Of a stretch of 60,133 nucleotides of DNA, positions 27,873 to 37,386 are shown piece after piece. This stretch comes from Candidatus Woesearchaeota archaeon (lineage in GTDB: Archaea; Nanobdellota; Nanobdellia; SCGC-AAA011-G17; GW2011-AR18): NCBI GenBank assembly GCA_018302105.1, contig JAGWAD010000009.1:1-60133 (forward strand), read 5' to 3'. Position numbers and translations under genes: made by a program. Numbering within the stretch: the stretch's first letter is position 1; each line of letters begins with the position of its first letter. The notes below the pieces were generated by a model. The model was not told where the DNA came from. It searched no databases and was given only the letters and a program-made list of their open reading frames with translations.

Positions 27873-28394
27873 TTAGCTATTTAACATAATTGGGATTTCT
27901 TTTAACAATCTTACAAAATCTTGTGTCCTATATTCTGGAATAAGAATTCTGCTTAAACCGTATACAGCTATTAAATCCCCTGATTCATCTAAAATATCCA
28001 GTGATTTTTTGACTTCTCTTACATTGTAATTTTGTTCTTTAAATGAATGTGGATCATTCTTTAGTCTGCTGTCAAAGCTAATTACAAATTGCGGTGATTT
28101 TGTATAGTAACTTATATTACTTATTGGAAAAGGGAGTATTCTTGCCCTGAATCCCAAGTTTGGGTATGTTGGATTTCTCAATATTTGATTTGGTCTAGCT
28201 TGTTTCGATTCGTATATAAAATCAGCACCATATTTTTGTACAATAGGGCTATCTGGATTAATACATTGTTCTCTAAAAATATCCAATCTGTATATTAGTT
28301 TTACTTGATTTACATGTTCTGATATTGTTAAAAAAACTTCTAAAGAATCTTCAATTCCTTTTAATTCATCGAAATTAATTTTTAACTTAGACAT
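27873..28394 (-). CDS. Hypothetical protein
   Basis: 173-aa ORF with upstream TATA. Confidence 0.7.
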   Translation of the reverse strand: MSKLKINFDELKGIEDSLEVFLTISEHVNQVKLIYRLDIFREQCINPDSPIVQKYGADFIYESKQARPNQILRNPTYPNLGFRARILPFPISNISYYTKSPQFVISFDSRLKNDPHSFKEQNYNVREVKKSLDILDESGDLIAVYGLSRILIPEYRTQDFVRLLKEIPIMLNS

Positions 28395-28455
28395 AAAAGT
28401 TTGATAAACATAAAATATATAAGTTTGATTAAAGAAAATAATTTATTGATTTATA

Positions 28456-29058
28456 ATGAAAAAACTAATATTGACTTCTACAGGGCTGCAAAATCCGAAT
28501 ATTTGTAAGGCATTTTTAGACATTATTGGAAAACCTCCTTCTAAAATTAAGATTTTATTTGTTCCAACTGCTTCGAGGACTAAAGAGGAACTAAAATATG
28601 CTAAAAAATCGAAAAAAGAACTTGAAAAAATTGGAATAAAATTAATTAAGACAATTAATCTAGATTGTAAATTAAATTATGATGAAATTAAATCTTATGA
28701 TGTAATTTATGTTTGCGGTGGCAATACTTTTTATCTTTTATATAAAATTAAAGAAAGTGGATTTGATAAAATAATAAAGAACTTTGTAAGTGCGGGGAAA
28801 TTATATTTTGGTGTTAGTGCAGGAACAATTATTTGTTGTCCTAATATAAAAATTGCTGCCCCATTTGATAATAATGATGTTGGATTAAAGAATTTTAGGG
28901 GATTGAATTTAATAAATGTTATATTATCACCTCATTATTGCGAAGCTGATAAGAAATTTATTAAGAATTATAGTAGGAAATCTAAAATAGAAGTGATTCC
29001 ATTAAGAGATAACCAAGCTTTTGTGGTTAGTGGAAAAAGTGGAGAAATAATTCAATGA
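28456..29058 (+). CDS. Peptidase E (S51 family)
   Basis: FVPTAS, GGNT, GVSAG nucleophile and PH. Confidence 0.9.
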   Translation: MKKLILTSTGLQNPNICKAFLDIIGKPPSKIKILFVPTASRTKEELKYAKKSKKELEKIGIKLIKTINLDCKLNYDEIKSYDVIYVCGGNTFYLLYKIKESGFDKIIKNFVSAGKLYFGVSAGTIICCPNIKIAAPFDNNDVGLKNFRGLNLINVILSPHYCEADKKFIKNYSRKSKIEVIPLRDNQAFVVSGKSGEIIQ

Positions 29059-29393
29059 AACAAGTTATATTGATTAGAAAAGATTTAAAACTGCCTACTG
29101 GAAAAGCTATTTCTCAAGGTGCTCATGCTTCAGTTGAATGTGTTTTAAGAAGTGACAAAGATAAAGTAAAAGCATGGAGAGAAGAAGGAATGGCTAAGAT
29201 CGTATTAAAGGTAAGTGACTTGAAGGAATTGCAAAAGTATAATCAATTAGCTAAAGACAATGGTTTAGTAACTGCTTTGATAACTGATGCTGGAAGAACT
29301 GCTGTAGAACCTGGAACTGTAACATGTTTAGGAATAGGTCCTGATAAAGAAGAAAAGATAGATAAGATAATTAGAGATTTGAAATTGTATTAA
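29055..29393 (+). CDS. pth2: Peptidyl-tRNA hydrolase 2
   Basis: KQVILIRKDL, QGAHA, KIVLK, DAGRT and LGIGP. Confidence 0.96.
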   Translation: MKQVILIRKDLKLPTGKAISQGAHASVECVLRSDKDKVKAWREEGMAKIVLKVSDLKELQKYNQLAKDNGLVTALITDAGRTAVEPGTVTCLGIGPDKEEKIDKIIRDLKLY

Positions 29394-29399
29394 TCAAAT

Positions 29400-29672
29400 T
29401 TACCAAGATTCTTGTAATAATCCTGGTTCAAAATCGTCATTAATCTGATCAGAAACAACATAAGTTTTCATTGAATTTACTCCATCAGTTTCTCTTATTT
29501 CCTTTAATACTTTTGCAGAATTTTCTGGATTATATGCCTTTAATTCAGCAATAATATCATATTCTCCATATACAAGATGAACTTTATTTACTTTTGTTCC
29601 TAAATTTTGTATTTTTTTTATTACGTCTGTTAACTTATTCTGGTTTACATTTAATAAAGCGAATATTAGCAT
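29400..29672 (-). CDS. Stand-alone Lrp/AsnC ligand-binding (RAM) domain protein
   Basis: VHLVYGEYDIIA..GV..TYVV; no HTH. Confidence 0.85.
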   Translation of the reverse strand: MLIFALLNVNQNKLTDVIKKIQNLGTKVNKVHLVYGEYDIIAELKAYNPENSAKVLKEIRETDGVNSMKTYVVSDQINDDFEPGLLQESW

Positions 29673-29765
29673 TTCTTTCTACCCCTTATTTCAAAAAAAG
29701 TTAGGTTTATATATAAGAGTAACCCATAGTTTTGATATAGAACATATATTTCATATAGGAGACAT

Positions 29766-30716
29766 ATGGGCTTTAGAAAAATAATTAGCTTTGGAGACAG
29801 TTCTTTTGTAGTCAGTTTACCTAAAGACTGGGTCACTAAAAATGGTTTGAAAAAAGGTGATCCTGTTAATGTTGAAGAAAAAGATGATGGAATAAAAATT
29901 ACTCCAGTAAATAGAAAACAAAGTCCAAGTACAAAAGAAATAAATATTAGTTTTGACGGAAATGTAAGAAAATTAAATGCTGAGCTTGTTTATGCTTATG
30001 TTGATAATTATAACCTGATAAATATTTTAGGGAAAGATCTTTTTAGTTATATGAAACAAATAGAACAGACGGTTGATAATTTTGTAGCTTTGGAAGTCAT
30101 GCAAAAATCTCCTACAAAAATTGTTATAAAAGACTGTTTAAATCTGAATGAAATTTCTGTATATGACACTTTGAGAAGAATTGACAGAATTGTTTTGTCT
30201 ATGGCTGAAGATGTTAAAAATTATTTTACAGGCAAAGTTAAGAATGTAAATGAAAGTCTTGAATATAAGGAAAAGGATGTAACAAGGCTTAGTAATTTAT
30301 TATTTAAAATATTAAAAAGAAGTTTTGATCCAAATGACAAAGCATTGCTTAATTTAAGCTTGGATGATATATTCTTTTATTGGGAAGTTATTTTATTTGT
30401 AGAAAAAGTTGGAGACCAGCTTAAAAGAATGCCAAGAAATATTAATGCTCCGCTGCCAAATGATTTTATATTAATCTTTGATAAAGTTATGGAACAATAT
30501 AGCGAAGCTATGAATGCTAACTTTAATGTGAATTATGAGGCTGCTATTAATGTTATAGTAAATAAGAGAAAAATTTATGATGAAATAGATAATCTTGCAG
30601 ATAAACTTCCAGCAAGATCTTTAGGTACTACCACTGAGAGAGCTAAGAATATAAATAGCCATGCAGGAAATATTGCAAAAGCTTTTCTTAAATTGAAATT
30701 GGAGCATAAGAAGTAA
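29766..30716 (+). CDS. AbrB-PhoU phosphate uptake regulator
   Basis: RKIISFGDSSFVVSLPKDW..LKKGD (AbrB) plus PhoU helices (EKVGD). Confidence 0.88.
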   Translation: MGFRKIISFGDSSFVVSLPKDWVTKNGLKKGDPVNVEEKDDGIKITPVNRKQSPSTKEINISFDGNVRKLNAELVYAYVDNYNLINILGKDLFSYMKQIEQTVDNFVALEVMQKSPTKIVIKDCLNLNEISVYDTLRRIDRIVLSMAEDVKNYFTGKVKNVNESLEYKEKDVTRLSNLLFKILKRSFDPNDKALLNLSLDDIFFYWEVILFVEKVGDQLKRMPRNINAPLPNDFILIFDKVMEQYSEAMNANFNVNYEAAINVIVNKRKIYDEIDNLADKLPARSLGTTTERAKNINSHAGNIAKAFLKLKLEHKK

Positions 30717-30739
30717 TTTAATAATTCATTTATTCTGGA

Positions 30740-30871
30740 TTACTTTGTATTTTTTTCCTTAAAGCAAGGTTTGCAGAGATAGGTATATATACCATCCTCT
30801 TTTATTTTTACTTCTGCATATTCATCGCAGTAATCACACTTTTTTGATTTCGTTATCTCTATTTTTCCCAT
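30740..30871 (-). CDS. 43-aa C4 zinc-finger micro-protein (not in ORF track)
   Basis: MGKIEITKSKKCDYCDEYAEVKIKEDGIYTYLCKPCFKEKNTK; two CxxC motifs; TATA-like element about 20-28 nt upstream. Confidence 0.7.
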   Translation of the reverse strand: MGKIEITKSKKCDYCDEYAEVKIKEDGIYTYLCKPCFKEKNTK

Positions 30872-30908
30872 ATTATTTAGGAATAATCTTTAAATATAAA
30901 CTTTTCTT

Positions 30909-31583
30909 TTATTTTTTTTGGCAAACAAAAAAACAATGGGCTTTCTGCAATGGATCTAATTCTTTTTTGTCTATAATTTTTAATTTATCTTTTAATTTAT
31001 CTTCAACTTCCTGATAAATTCTCTGAGGATGTCTTGTTACATCTATGCTTCTTGATTTTATTGCAATCATTGCATAACCTTTTGGTTTTAAAAACTGTAA
31101 ATTTTTCAATAAAATTTCTACTTGATTTTTTTGTGCAATATCCTGATAGATTACATCGACTTCTGTGATTCTTGTTTTGTAAGTTTCTGGCTTTTTTGCA
31201 TCTGCAAGCATAGGAATCATGTTTTCCCTTTCTTCACATATTCCTAATAAATCCCTTACAACCCTTGGTGCAAAATCCAAACAAAATACTACTCCATTTT
31301 TTCCTACAATATCTGAAACGAAAGAGGGAGTATAACCATGAGATGCTCCAAGATATAATATTTTATCGCTTTGTTTTATTGGTATTAATGATATTCTTTT
31401 AATTATTGCTGCACCTAATTTAGAATGTGTTGGATTAAATTCCCTAAATTCTTCATTATTTATTTTATAAAGTTTTTCATCAAAAAATGATTTTCCAGGT
31501 GTTAAATTTTTTGTTACTAAATTTCTTCTCCCTTTCTGGTTGATAATGAATATTCCTTCATATTTTGATTTTTCTAATTCCAT
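30909..31583 (-). CDS. flpA: Fibrillarin (rRNA/tRNA 2'-O-methyltransferase)
   Basis: SKLGAA, LYLGASHG..SFVSD, YQDIAQ and IKSRSID. Confidence 0.96.
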   Translation of the reverse strand: MELEKSKYEGIFIINQKGRRNLVTKNLTPGKSFFDEKLYKINNEEFREFNPTHSKLGAAIIKRISLIPIKQSDKILYLGASHGYTPSFVSDIVGKNGVVFCLDFAPRVVRDLLGICEERENMIPMLADAKKPETYKTRITEVDVIYQDIAQKNQVEILLKNLQFLKPKGYAMIAIKSRSIDVTRHPQRIYQEVEDKLKDKLKIIDKKELDPLQKAHCFFVCQKK

Positions 31584-31614
31584 TTTTTATGACTGTTTAA
31601 ATATAATTATAAAA

Positions 31615-32550
31615 CTATCTTTTTATTCTTATAAATTCTATCCTTGGTATAATTATATTTTTATATATTGCACTGGCAATTTCTCTCTCCCTTTTTTCAA
31701 GTTCTCTTGTTATATCTTCTGTTGATGTGTTTATGTAATCTAAATTTGTAGCTGTATTTATAAAATATATTTCTCCTGGATATGCCTGTAGCTTTTTTGT
31801 AGATTTGGTTATGAAAGGTATTGTATTATCAAAAAGAGTTTCATTATATCCGCTTAATTTCTTATAGGCATCAATTTCTTCATCTATTTTTTGTGAAAAA
31901 TATTCATCAATGGATTGCGTTACTTCTCCCCTCATTTCCTTTTTGTGTCTTAATATTAACCTATTTCTTGCTTCAGCACCATTACAGAAGAATACAAGAA
32001 CAATATTCGGCTTGATGTATCCGCTTTGTGGTTCTTCCTTAAGTGTTTTAATTCCTCTTAAATATTGAGCCACTGCCTGAATTGGTGCGCCTAATAATGT
32101 TTGTTTTACTAATGTATCGGGAAGACAATATCTAGTAAGTATAGCTATTTTATGTTCATCTTCCTTAAGAGAAGGTATTACCTTTCGTTCTAATGCAGAT
32201 GCACTTTCAGCTCTTATTGCATTTACAACATCGTACCATTTAATTTCTTTGTATTGTTCTTGCTGGTTGACTAAATTTTCTCTGCAGCCCTTATATACTT
32301 CTAAAGAATCTTTTGATGCCCTGCTAGTAATTGCTGCATAACCTGCTTCAATTAGTAATTGATTGAGTTTATCTGCTGCAGTTGTTTTGCCTGAACATTT
32401 TGGTCCAGTTACAGAGATTATTATATTACGCCTTAATCTTTGTTCATCAGATCTTCCATCCAAAAAATCTTTTTTATTCAATGTATTTTTTGTTGCGAGA
32501 ATAATTCCTAGTGGAATATCCATTCTTCTAGCTTTTGTCTTAATATGCAT
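31615..32550 (-). CDS. Divergent thymidylate-kinase-like P-loop protein
   Basis: IISVTGPKCSGKTT, ILTRY and KPNIVLVF follow the dTMP kinase layout with substitutions. Confidence 0.65.
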   Translation of the reverse strand: MHIKTKARRMDIPLGIILATKNTLNKKDFLDGRSDEQRLRRNIIISVTGPKCSGKTTAADKLNQLLIEAGYAAITSRASKDSLEVYKGCRENLVNQQEQYKEIKWYDVVNAIRAESASALERKVIPSLKEDEHKIAILTRYCLPDTLVKQTLLGAPIQAVAQYLRGIKTLKEEPQSGYIKPNIVLVFFCNGAEARNRLILRHKKEMRGEVTQSIDEYFSQKIDEEIDAYKKLSGYNETLFDNTIPFITKSTKKLQAYPGEIYFINTATNLDYINTSTEDITRELEKREREIASAIYKNIIIPRIEFIRIKR

Positions 32551-32622
32551 ATCTTTTAGTATTTACAATAATTAAAAAGCCTTTCTATTTGTTGTTACTA
32601 AATAGTCATGTCTCAAAAAACC

Positions 32623-33288
32623 TTATTTTTCCTTAAAAAAATCTATTTTTGCTGCTTTTGAGATTTCACTTGCTAATTTTCTTGCTACTTTTCCTTTATC
32701 CTTTAATTGAGCTTTAGAAATCGTCGGATGGCTAAATATTACCCCGAATTTTGGCGGTTTGGCTTTTGTCTTTAAATGCCTGAATAATGCTTTTTCTGCT
32801 CCCAAAACCTGAATTGTTGAGGAAGGCAATTCTGCAAGATGTTTTAATGAACCTGCTTTATCTATTAAACGAGAAGCTATTAATGGTGTGGCAGCTTCTG
32901 CTAAAGTCGGGCATATTTCTTTAGTTAATGATTCAAGATAACTTTCCTGTGATTCAAATAATTTTGATAAACTTTCTATTTCTTTTGCTATTTCAATCAT
33001 TGAATTCAAATCTTTTTCTGTTAAATCAATTGCAATATCTTCTTTTATTTTTTTGTATACATTATCAATTAAAATTTTTATATTTTCTTCTTTGGCAGCT
33101 CTTGGAGCATAATAACCATATCTTTCTCTTAAATTTGCAACTAATCTGTTTATTATTTTTATAATTTCATCGATAGTATGAATTGTCTGTATTAAAAGGA
33201 TATCTCTTGTAGTTTCTTCTTTAATGCTTTCCTTAGTCAGTCTGATATTAAGCTCTCTTAGTTTTTTTATATCTGACTCAGTTACCAT
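32623..33288 (-). CDS. nop5: Nop5/Nop56 box C/D protein (short form)
   Basis: LPSSTIQVLGAEKALFRHL, PPKFG and GKVARKLA. Confidence 0.93.
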   Translation of the reverse strand: MVTESDIKKLRELNIRLTKESIKEETTRDILLIQTIHTIDEIIKIINRLVANLRERYGYYAPRAAKEENIKILIDNVYKKIKEDIAIDLTEKDLNSMIEIAKEIESLSKLFESQESYLESLTKEICPTLAEAATPLIASRLIDKAGSLKHLAELPSSTIQVLGAEKALFRHLKTKAKPPKFGVIFSHPTISKAQLKDKGKVARKLASEISKAAKIDFFKEK

Positions 33289-33370
33289 CTTTTTTTGATT
33301 ATTAGCAGAATTTTTAAGCTTTGGTATTTAAGCGAAAGTGTTATTAAGCAATTTTATAATGTATAAATAA

Positions 33371-33844
33371 ATGGTTGATGTTAAGAAAATATTTGAGAGA
33401 AAATTAAATATTGCTGATGGTGTTTTTAAGATAGATGCTGTATATAAAGGGATAAAACAAAAATCTGATTCTTTAGGATATACACTTGTTGAAAAGGAAC
33501 ATTCTAACAAGTCAGGCAAGTATGGAGGAGAAATAAAATTTGATTTTATACTGGATAAAGAGATAGATTATTTTGCAAAAGGAGAGATAAGTGTAGAAAT
33601 AATATTCCTTAATATAAAAAAAGCAAAAGGTTATGATGTTGGCAATATAGAACTTAAAATGAGTGCGATGCAAAAGCTTGATTATAAACACAGGTGGGGA
33701 ATAAATAAATTCAATAAATTTTTATTTTCAATTTACCAAAACTTAATGAAAGAGAATTTTAAGAAAAAATATTTAATCCCTATAATTATAGACGCAACAA
33801 CAATATATAATTTTATTAAGGAAAGTATAGAAGAATATGGTTAG
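33371..33844 (+). CDS. Uncharacterised protein, paralog 1 of 3
   Basis: Shares GVF, GY..E, DY..W and IY motifs with 33881 and 34964. Confidence 0.8.
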   Translation: MVDVKKIFERKLNIADGVFKIDAVYKGIKQKSDSLGYTLVEKEHSNKSGKYGGEIKFDFILDKEIDYFAKGEISVEIIFLNIKKAKGYDVGNIELKMSAMQKLDYKHRWGINKFNKFLFSIYQNLMKENFKKKYLIPIIIDATTIYNFIKESIEEYG

Positions 33845-33880
33845 GAAAGATTTATTAATTTATAAATTGATTTTTACATA

Positions 33881-34381
33881 ATGCCAAAAGAGGAAGTTAT
33901 AATTAAGGATGCAAAGATCAAGTATAGAGGAACATTTGATCTTGCTTTATTGTATAAAAGTCTTACAATGTGGTATGGCAATTCTAGTTATGGTGCTTCT
34001 TTAAAGGAAATAAAGTATGTTGAGAAAGTAAGGCCTGATGGTAAGCAAATTGAAATTGTCTGGGAATTAAATAAAGAAGAGGAAAGTGGATATTTTAAGA
34101 TTGAACAAGGAATTAAATTCTATATTACCAAACTTAATGAAGCTGAAGTTGAAAAAGACGGACAGAGAATTAAACTTGATAAATGTGATTTAGAATTGAC
34201 TTTTGGATCTAAAGTTATTATAAATGCTAATAAATCATGGAATGAAAATAGTTTTATATTCAAAATTTATGAAAGATATTTTATTGGCTACAGAGTTGAA
34301 GAAATTAAAATTGCAGCTTATAAAGATACAAACAAAATAATGGATGAAGTCAAGAATTTTTTAAATTTATATAGGTTTTAG
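33881..34381 (+). CDS. Uncharacterised protein, paralog 2 of 3
   Basis: GTFDL..Y..E..W..IYERY. Confidence 0.8.
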   Translation: MPKEEVIIKDAKIKYRGTFDLALLYKSLTMWYGNSSYGASLKEIKYVEKVRPDGKQIEIVWELNKEEESGYFKIEQGIKFYITKLNEAEVEKDGQRIKLDKCDLELTFGSKVIINANKSWNENSFIFKIYERYFIGYRVEEIKIAAYKDTNKIMDEVKNFLNLYRF

Positions 34382-34421
34382 TAATAAAAAATAATATAAA
34401 CTAGATGTCATGTAAATTTAT

Positions 34422-34919
34422 ATGTTGAAAAATATAATATTTTATTTTAGTTTAATTCTAATTTTTGGATTACTGGTTTTTTTACTTATGAAAAACGATA
34501 AATCTATTGAGGATAGAATAATAAATAAAATTCTCCTACTAAAAAAAGATTATCCGGATTATTTTTCTAAAATTGAACCTGTTGAAGAAAAAATAAAAAG
34601 GGATGTTGATGGATCAATTCAGGATTTTTTATATTCTTATAATATGAAAGATGAACCAAATCCTGGTTATGGAAAAGTTGGTGGTTGGAGTAGTGCAATG
34701 CCTTATTTTAAAATTCCTGGAAAAAATGGAATATATATTGAATTAAGATTTAGAAGCAAGGATTGGAATACGTGGTCTCAGTTGGAACAACAAAAAGATG
34801 GTTGGGGGTTTACTGATGGTAAAAATGTTGTTTTTAGAGAGATTATAACTGATAATTTAGGGTTGCAAGCCAAGATAGAACAAATAATTAATGATGAAGG
34901 GTTCAATGAAACTATTTAA
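34422..34919 (+). CDS. N-terminally membrane-anchored hypothetical protein
   Basis: Single N-terminal hydrophobic helix; Trp/Gly-rich soluble domain. Confidence 0.7.
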   Translation: MLKNIIFYFSLILIFGLLVFLLMKNDKSIEDRIINKILLLKKDYPDYFSKIEPVEEKIKRDVDGSIQDFLYSYNMKDEPNPGYGKVGGWSSAMPYFKIPGKNGIYIELRFRSKDWNTWSQLEQQKDGWGFTDGKNVVFREIITDNLGLQAKIEQIINDEGFNETI

Positions 34920-34963
34920 ATAATTTAATAAAATTATTAAAGGGGAACAAATAAGAATAAACA

Positions 34964-35443
34964 ATGGTTCATACAGATAAAATTGTTAAGGATCTTGAAT
35001 TATTGCATGAAGGTGTTTTTGACCTTAAAGAACTCCTTAATATTATAAAAGAATTTTTTAAAAGGCATGATTATGATTTAACTGAAAAATCTTATAATTC
35101 CACTACTAAAGATGGATTGAAAACTACAGTTTTGAAATGGGATTTTGATAGAAAAGTTGATGATTACAATCAATGTTTTGCGAAACTTAGTATTGAATTA
35201 AATAATTATAAAGAAGGCTTTGTTGATGCGAAAAAAGTTATTGATGGAAGATTAAAATTTGTAATAAATGCTGAGATACAAAGGGATTATGATCAAAAGT
35301 GGAAAACTAATCCATTAAGGAAGATAGCAAGGGCAGTTTATGATAGATATGTTATTGAAGAAAAACAAGATAGGGTTTCTAAAGAACTTAAAAGTATAAT
35401 TGATAATCTTAAAAAGGAAATAAAACAATATCTTGGAATATAA
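34964..35443 (+). CDS. Uncharacterised protein, paralog 3 of 3
   Basis: GVFDL..Y..E..W..DYDQKW..VYDRY. Confidence 0.8.
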   Translation: MVHTDKIVKDLELLHEGVFDLKELLNIIKEFFKRHDYDLTEKSYNSTTKDGLKTTVLKWDFDRKVDDYNQCFAKLSIELNNYKEGFVDAKKVIDGRLKFVINAEIQRDYDQKWKTNPLRKIARAVYDRYVIEEKQDRVSKELKSIIDNLKKEIKQYLGI

Positions 35444-35449
35444 TTTTAA

Positions 35450-35495
35450 AAAACAAAACTCAAAAAACTAAATTACTGTTTGTTGGTTGACTATA
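35450..35495 (+). repeat. Partial family A repeat (right end only)
   Basis: AATTACTGTTTGTTGGTTGACTATA matches the 3' end of the other copies. Confidence 0.7.
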
Positions 35496-35552
35496 TTCTA
35501 TTGGTTCAAGTGAATAATAAGCTTTAAATAGATTGATTTCTTTCAAACTGCT

Positions 35553-35843
35553 ATGGTTAAAAGAATAGGCGGATTTAGAAGGAAGACTAGACACAAGTTA
35601 GCAAAGAACTATAGAGAAAAAGGAAAGCTTAGTTTAGTAAAATATTTTCAGCAATTTAAAACAGGAGATAAAGTTTGTTTAGTTGCTGAGCCAAGTAAGC
35701 ATAATGGTATGTATCATCCAAGATTTCATGGAAGGGTTGGTACAGTTGATGGAAAAAAAGGAAATTGTTATGAAGTTCAGATTAGGGATGGCAATATGCG
35801 AAAATCATTGATAGTTCATCCAATACATCTGAAGAGGTTATAA
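35553..35843 (+). CDS. rpl21e: 50S ribosomal protein L21e
   Basis: RRKTRHKL, GMYHPRFHGRVG and VHPIHL. Confidence 0.97.
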   Translation: MVKRIGGFRRKTRHKLAKNYREKGKLSLVKYFQQFKTGDKVCLVAEPSKHNGMYHPRFHGRVGTVDGKKGNCYEVQIRDGNMRKSLIVHPIHLKRL

Positions 35844-35844
35844 A

Positions 35845-36192
35845 ATGGTAGATGTTGATGTTGAAGTAATGGAACAAAAACCAATAGCTATGTCTGGAGT
35901 AAGGCATATGTTAGATGAGACTAAAAAAAATGGAAAAGAATTAAATTTCAGAGCTGAGAAAGTTCATGTTTATTTAAGTGAATTTACAAAATTAAATAAA
36001 AAAGAAGTTGATTCATTGTATGAGAAAATCAAGAGCTTAAACATATCTAAATTAAGAGACAGGCATATAATAAAGATTATAGATTTAATGCCAACTGATC
36101 CTGAAAGTTTGAAAATAATATTTTCAGGTGAAGCATTATCATTAAAACAAGAAGAGATAAATCAAATTTTGGAAGCTATAAGCAGTAAATAA
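35845..36192 (+). CDS. rpoF: RNA polymerase subunit F (Rpo4)
   Basis: ELNFR..YL..F and KIIDLMP; conserved rpl21e-rpoF-DUF655 gene order. Confidence 0.88.
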   Translation: MVDVDVEVMEQKPIAMSGVRHMLDETKKNGKELNFRAEKVHVYLSEFTKLNKKEVDSLYEKIKSLNISKLRDRHIIKIIDLMPTDPESLKIIFSGEALSLKQEEINQILEAISSK

Positions 36193-36212
36193 AATGTGTA
36201 AATTAAGACAAA

Positions 36213-36767
36213 ATGACAATGAAAGAAGAACATGCAATAATATTAGATTTTTTGCCTCATGGATATCCATTCGACAAGAGACCGATACATCTGAAGACTT
36301 CTATAGCTCAAGCTCTAGGCAAAAATAATCTAGTTATATTAGAATTAGTTCCAAAAAAAGATATATTTCTACAAATCCATGAAGAAGTTTATATTGGGGA
36401 AGGTAAAAGAGATAAAATCCACCATATAGCTGGAAGAATACCTATAACAAAATTAACAGAAACTGCTAAATCTGAATTAAATTTTATTATAGAAGACCTT
36501 GTTAAGAAGGATGAGAAAAAATTTGTTGAATTTTATAATAATGCAGGGTCTATAAATATGAGAGTGCATCAGTTAGAATTACTGCCTGGAATTGGAAAAA
36601 GACATATGTTAAGTATACTAGAAGCAAGAAGTGAAAAACCTTTTGAAAGTTTTGAAGATGTTAAAAATAGAGTGCCATTATTGCCAGATCCTGAAAAAGC
36701 AATAATAAGAAGAATATTACTAGAATTGGAAGGAAATGAGAAACATAGTTTATTTGTAAAAGGATGA
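36213..36767 (+). CDS. DUF655 HhH-containing putative RNA-binding protein
   Basis: ILDFLPHG, HQLELLPGIGK and PFESFEDV. Confidence 0.92.
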   Translation: MTMKEEHAIILDFLPHGYPFDKRPIHLKTSIAQALGKNNLVILELVPKKDIFLQIHEEVYIGEGKRDKIHHIAGRIPITKLTETAKSELNFIIEDLVKKDEKKFVEFYNNAGSINMRVHQLELLPGIGKRHMLSILEARSEKPFESFEDVKNRVPLLPDPEKAIIRRILLELEGNEKHSLFVKG

Positions 36768-36878
36768 ACTATTAATTCTATCAATTTTTGTTTTTTAGAA
36801 TTTAGGATTTTTAAATGATATTCTTATCAAATTATTAAGTGAAGAAAAACCAAAACAACCTGATTAAGACAACTTAAT

Positions 36879-36895
36879 AAAAACCTTTATAAATA
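36879..36895 (+). promoter_or_regulatory. BRE-TATA promoter of rps13-rps4-rps11 (likely leaderless)
   Basis: AAAAACC-TTTATAAA ending 24 nt before ATG 36918. Confidence 0.65.
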
Positions 36896-36917
36896 AGGCG
36901 TTAATCTTTAACAAATA

Positions 36918-37385
36918 ATGACAGAAACAAAACAGGAAATAAAACCTTTTTTAAGGGTATTTAATACAGATTTGGATGGAAACAAATCAATAGCAAGAGC
37001 ACTTTTAAAAGTTCATGGAATAGGTTTTAATGTTGCTAATTCTGTATGTAACCTATTAAAAATTGACAAAAAGAAAAAAGCTGGATTATTAAGCGATAAA
37101 GAAGCAAGAGATATAGAAGCTGTATTAAAAGAAAATAAATTACCCTCATGGATGTTAAATAATAGATTAGACTTTATTACTGGTGAAACAGGTCATTTGC
37201 TTGGTTCTGATCTGAAATTTAATATTGAAAATACTATAAAGAGAATGAAAAAATTAAAACTTTACAAAGGTATGAGGCATGCTGCCGGACAGCCTGTAAG
37301 AGGACAGAGAACAAGATCTCACTTTAGAAGGGGCACTGCTGTTGGTGTAAAAAGTAAAACTACTAAAGTAGGAAAGGCAGGATAA
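36918..37385 (+). CDS. rps13: 30S ribosomal protein S13
   Basis: TDLDG, PSWMLN and YKGMRH..PVRGQRTRS. Confidence 0.97.
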   Translation: MTETKQEIKPFLRVFNTDLDGNKSIARALLKVHGIGFNVANSVCNLLKIDKKKKAGLLSDKEARDIEAVLKENKLPSWMLNNRLDFITGETGHLLGSDLKFNIENTIKRMKKLKLYKGMRHAAGQPVRGQRTRSHFRRGTAVGVKSKTTKVGKAG

Positions 37386-37386
37386 A

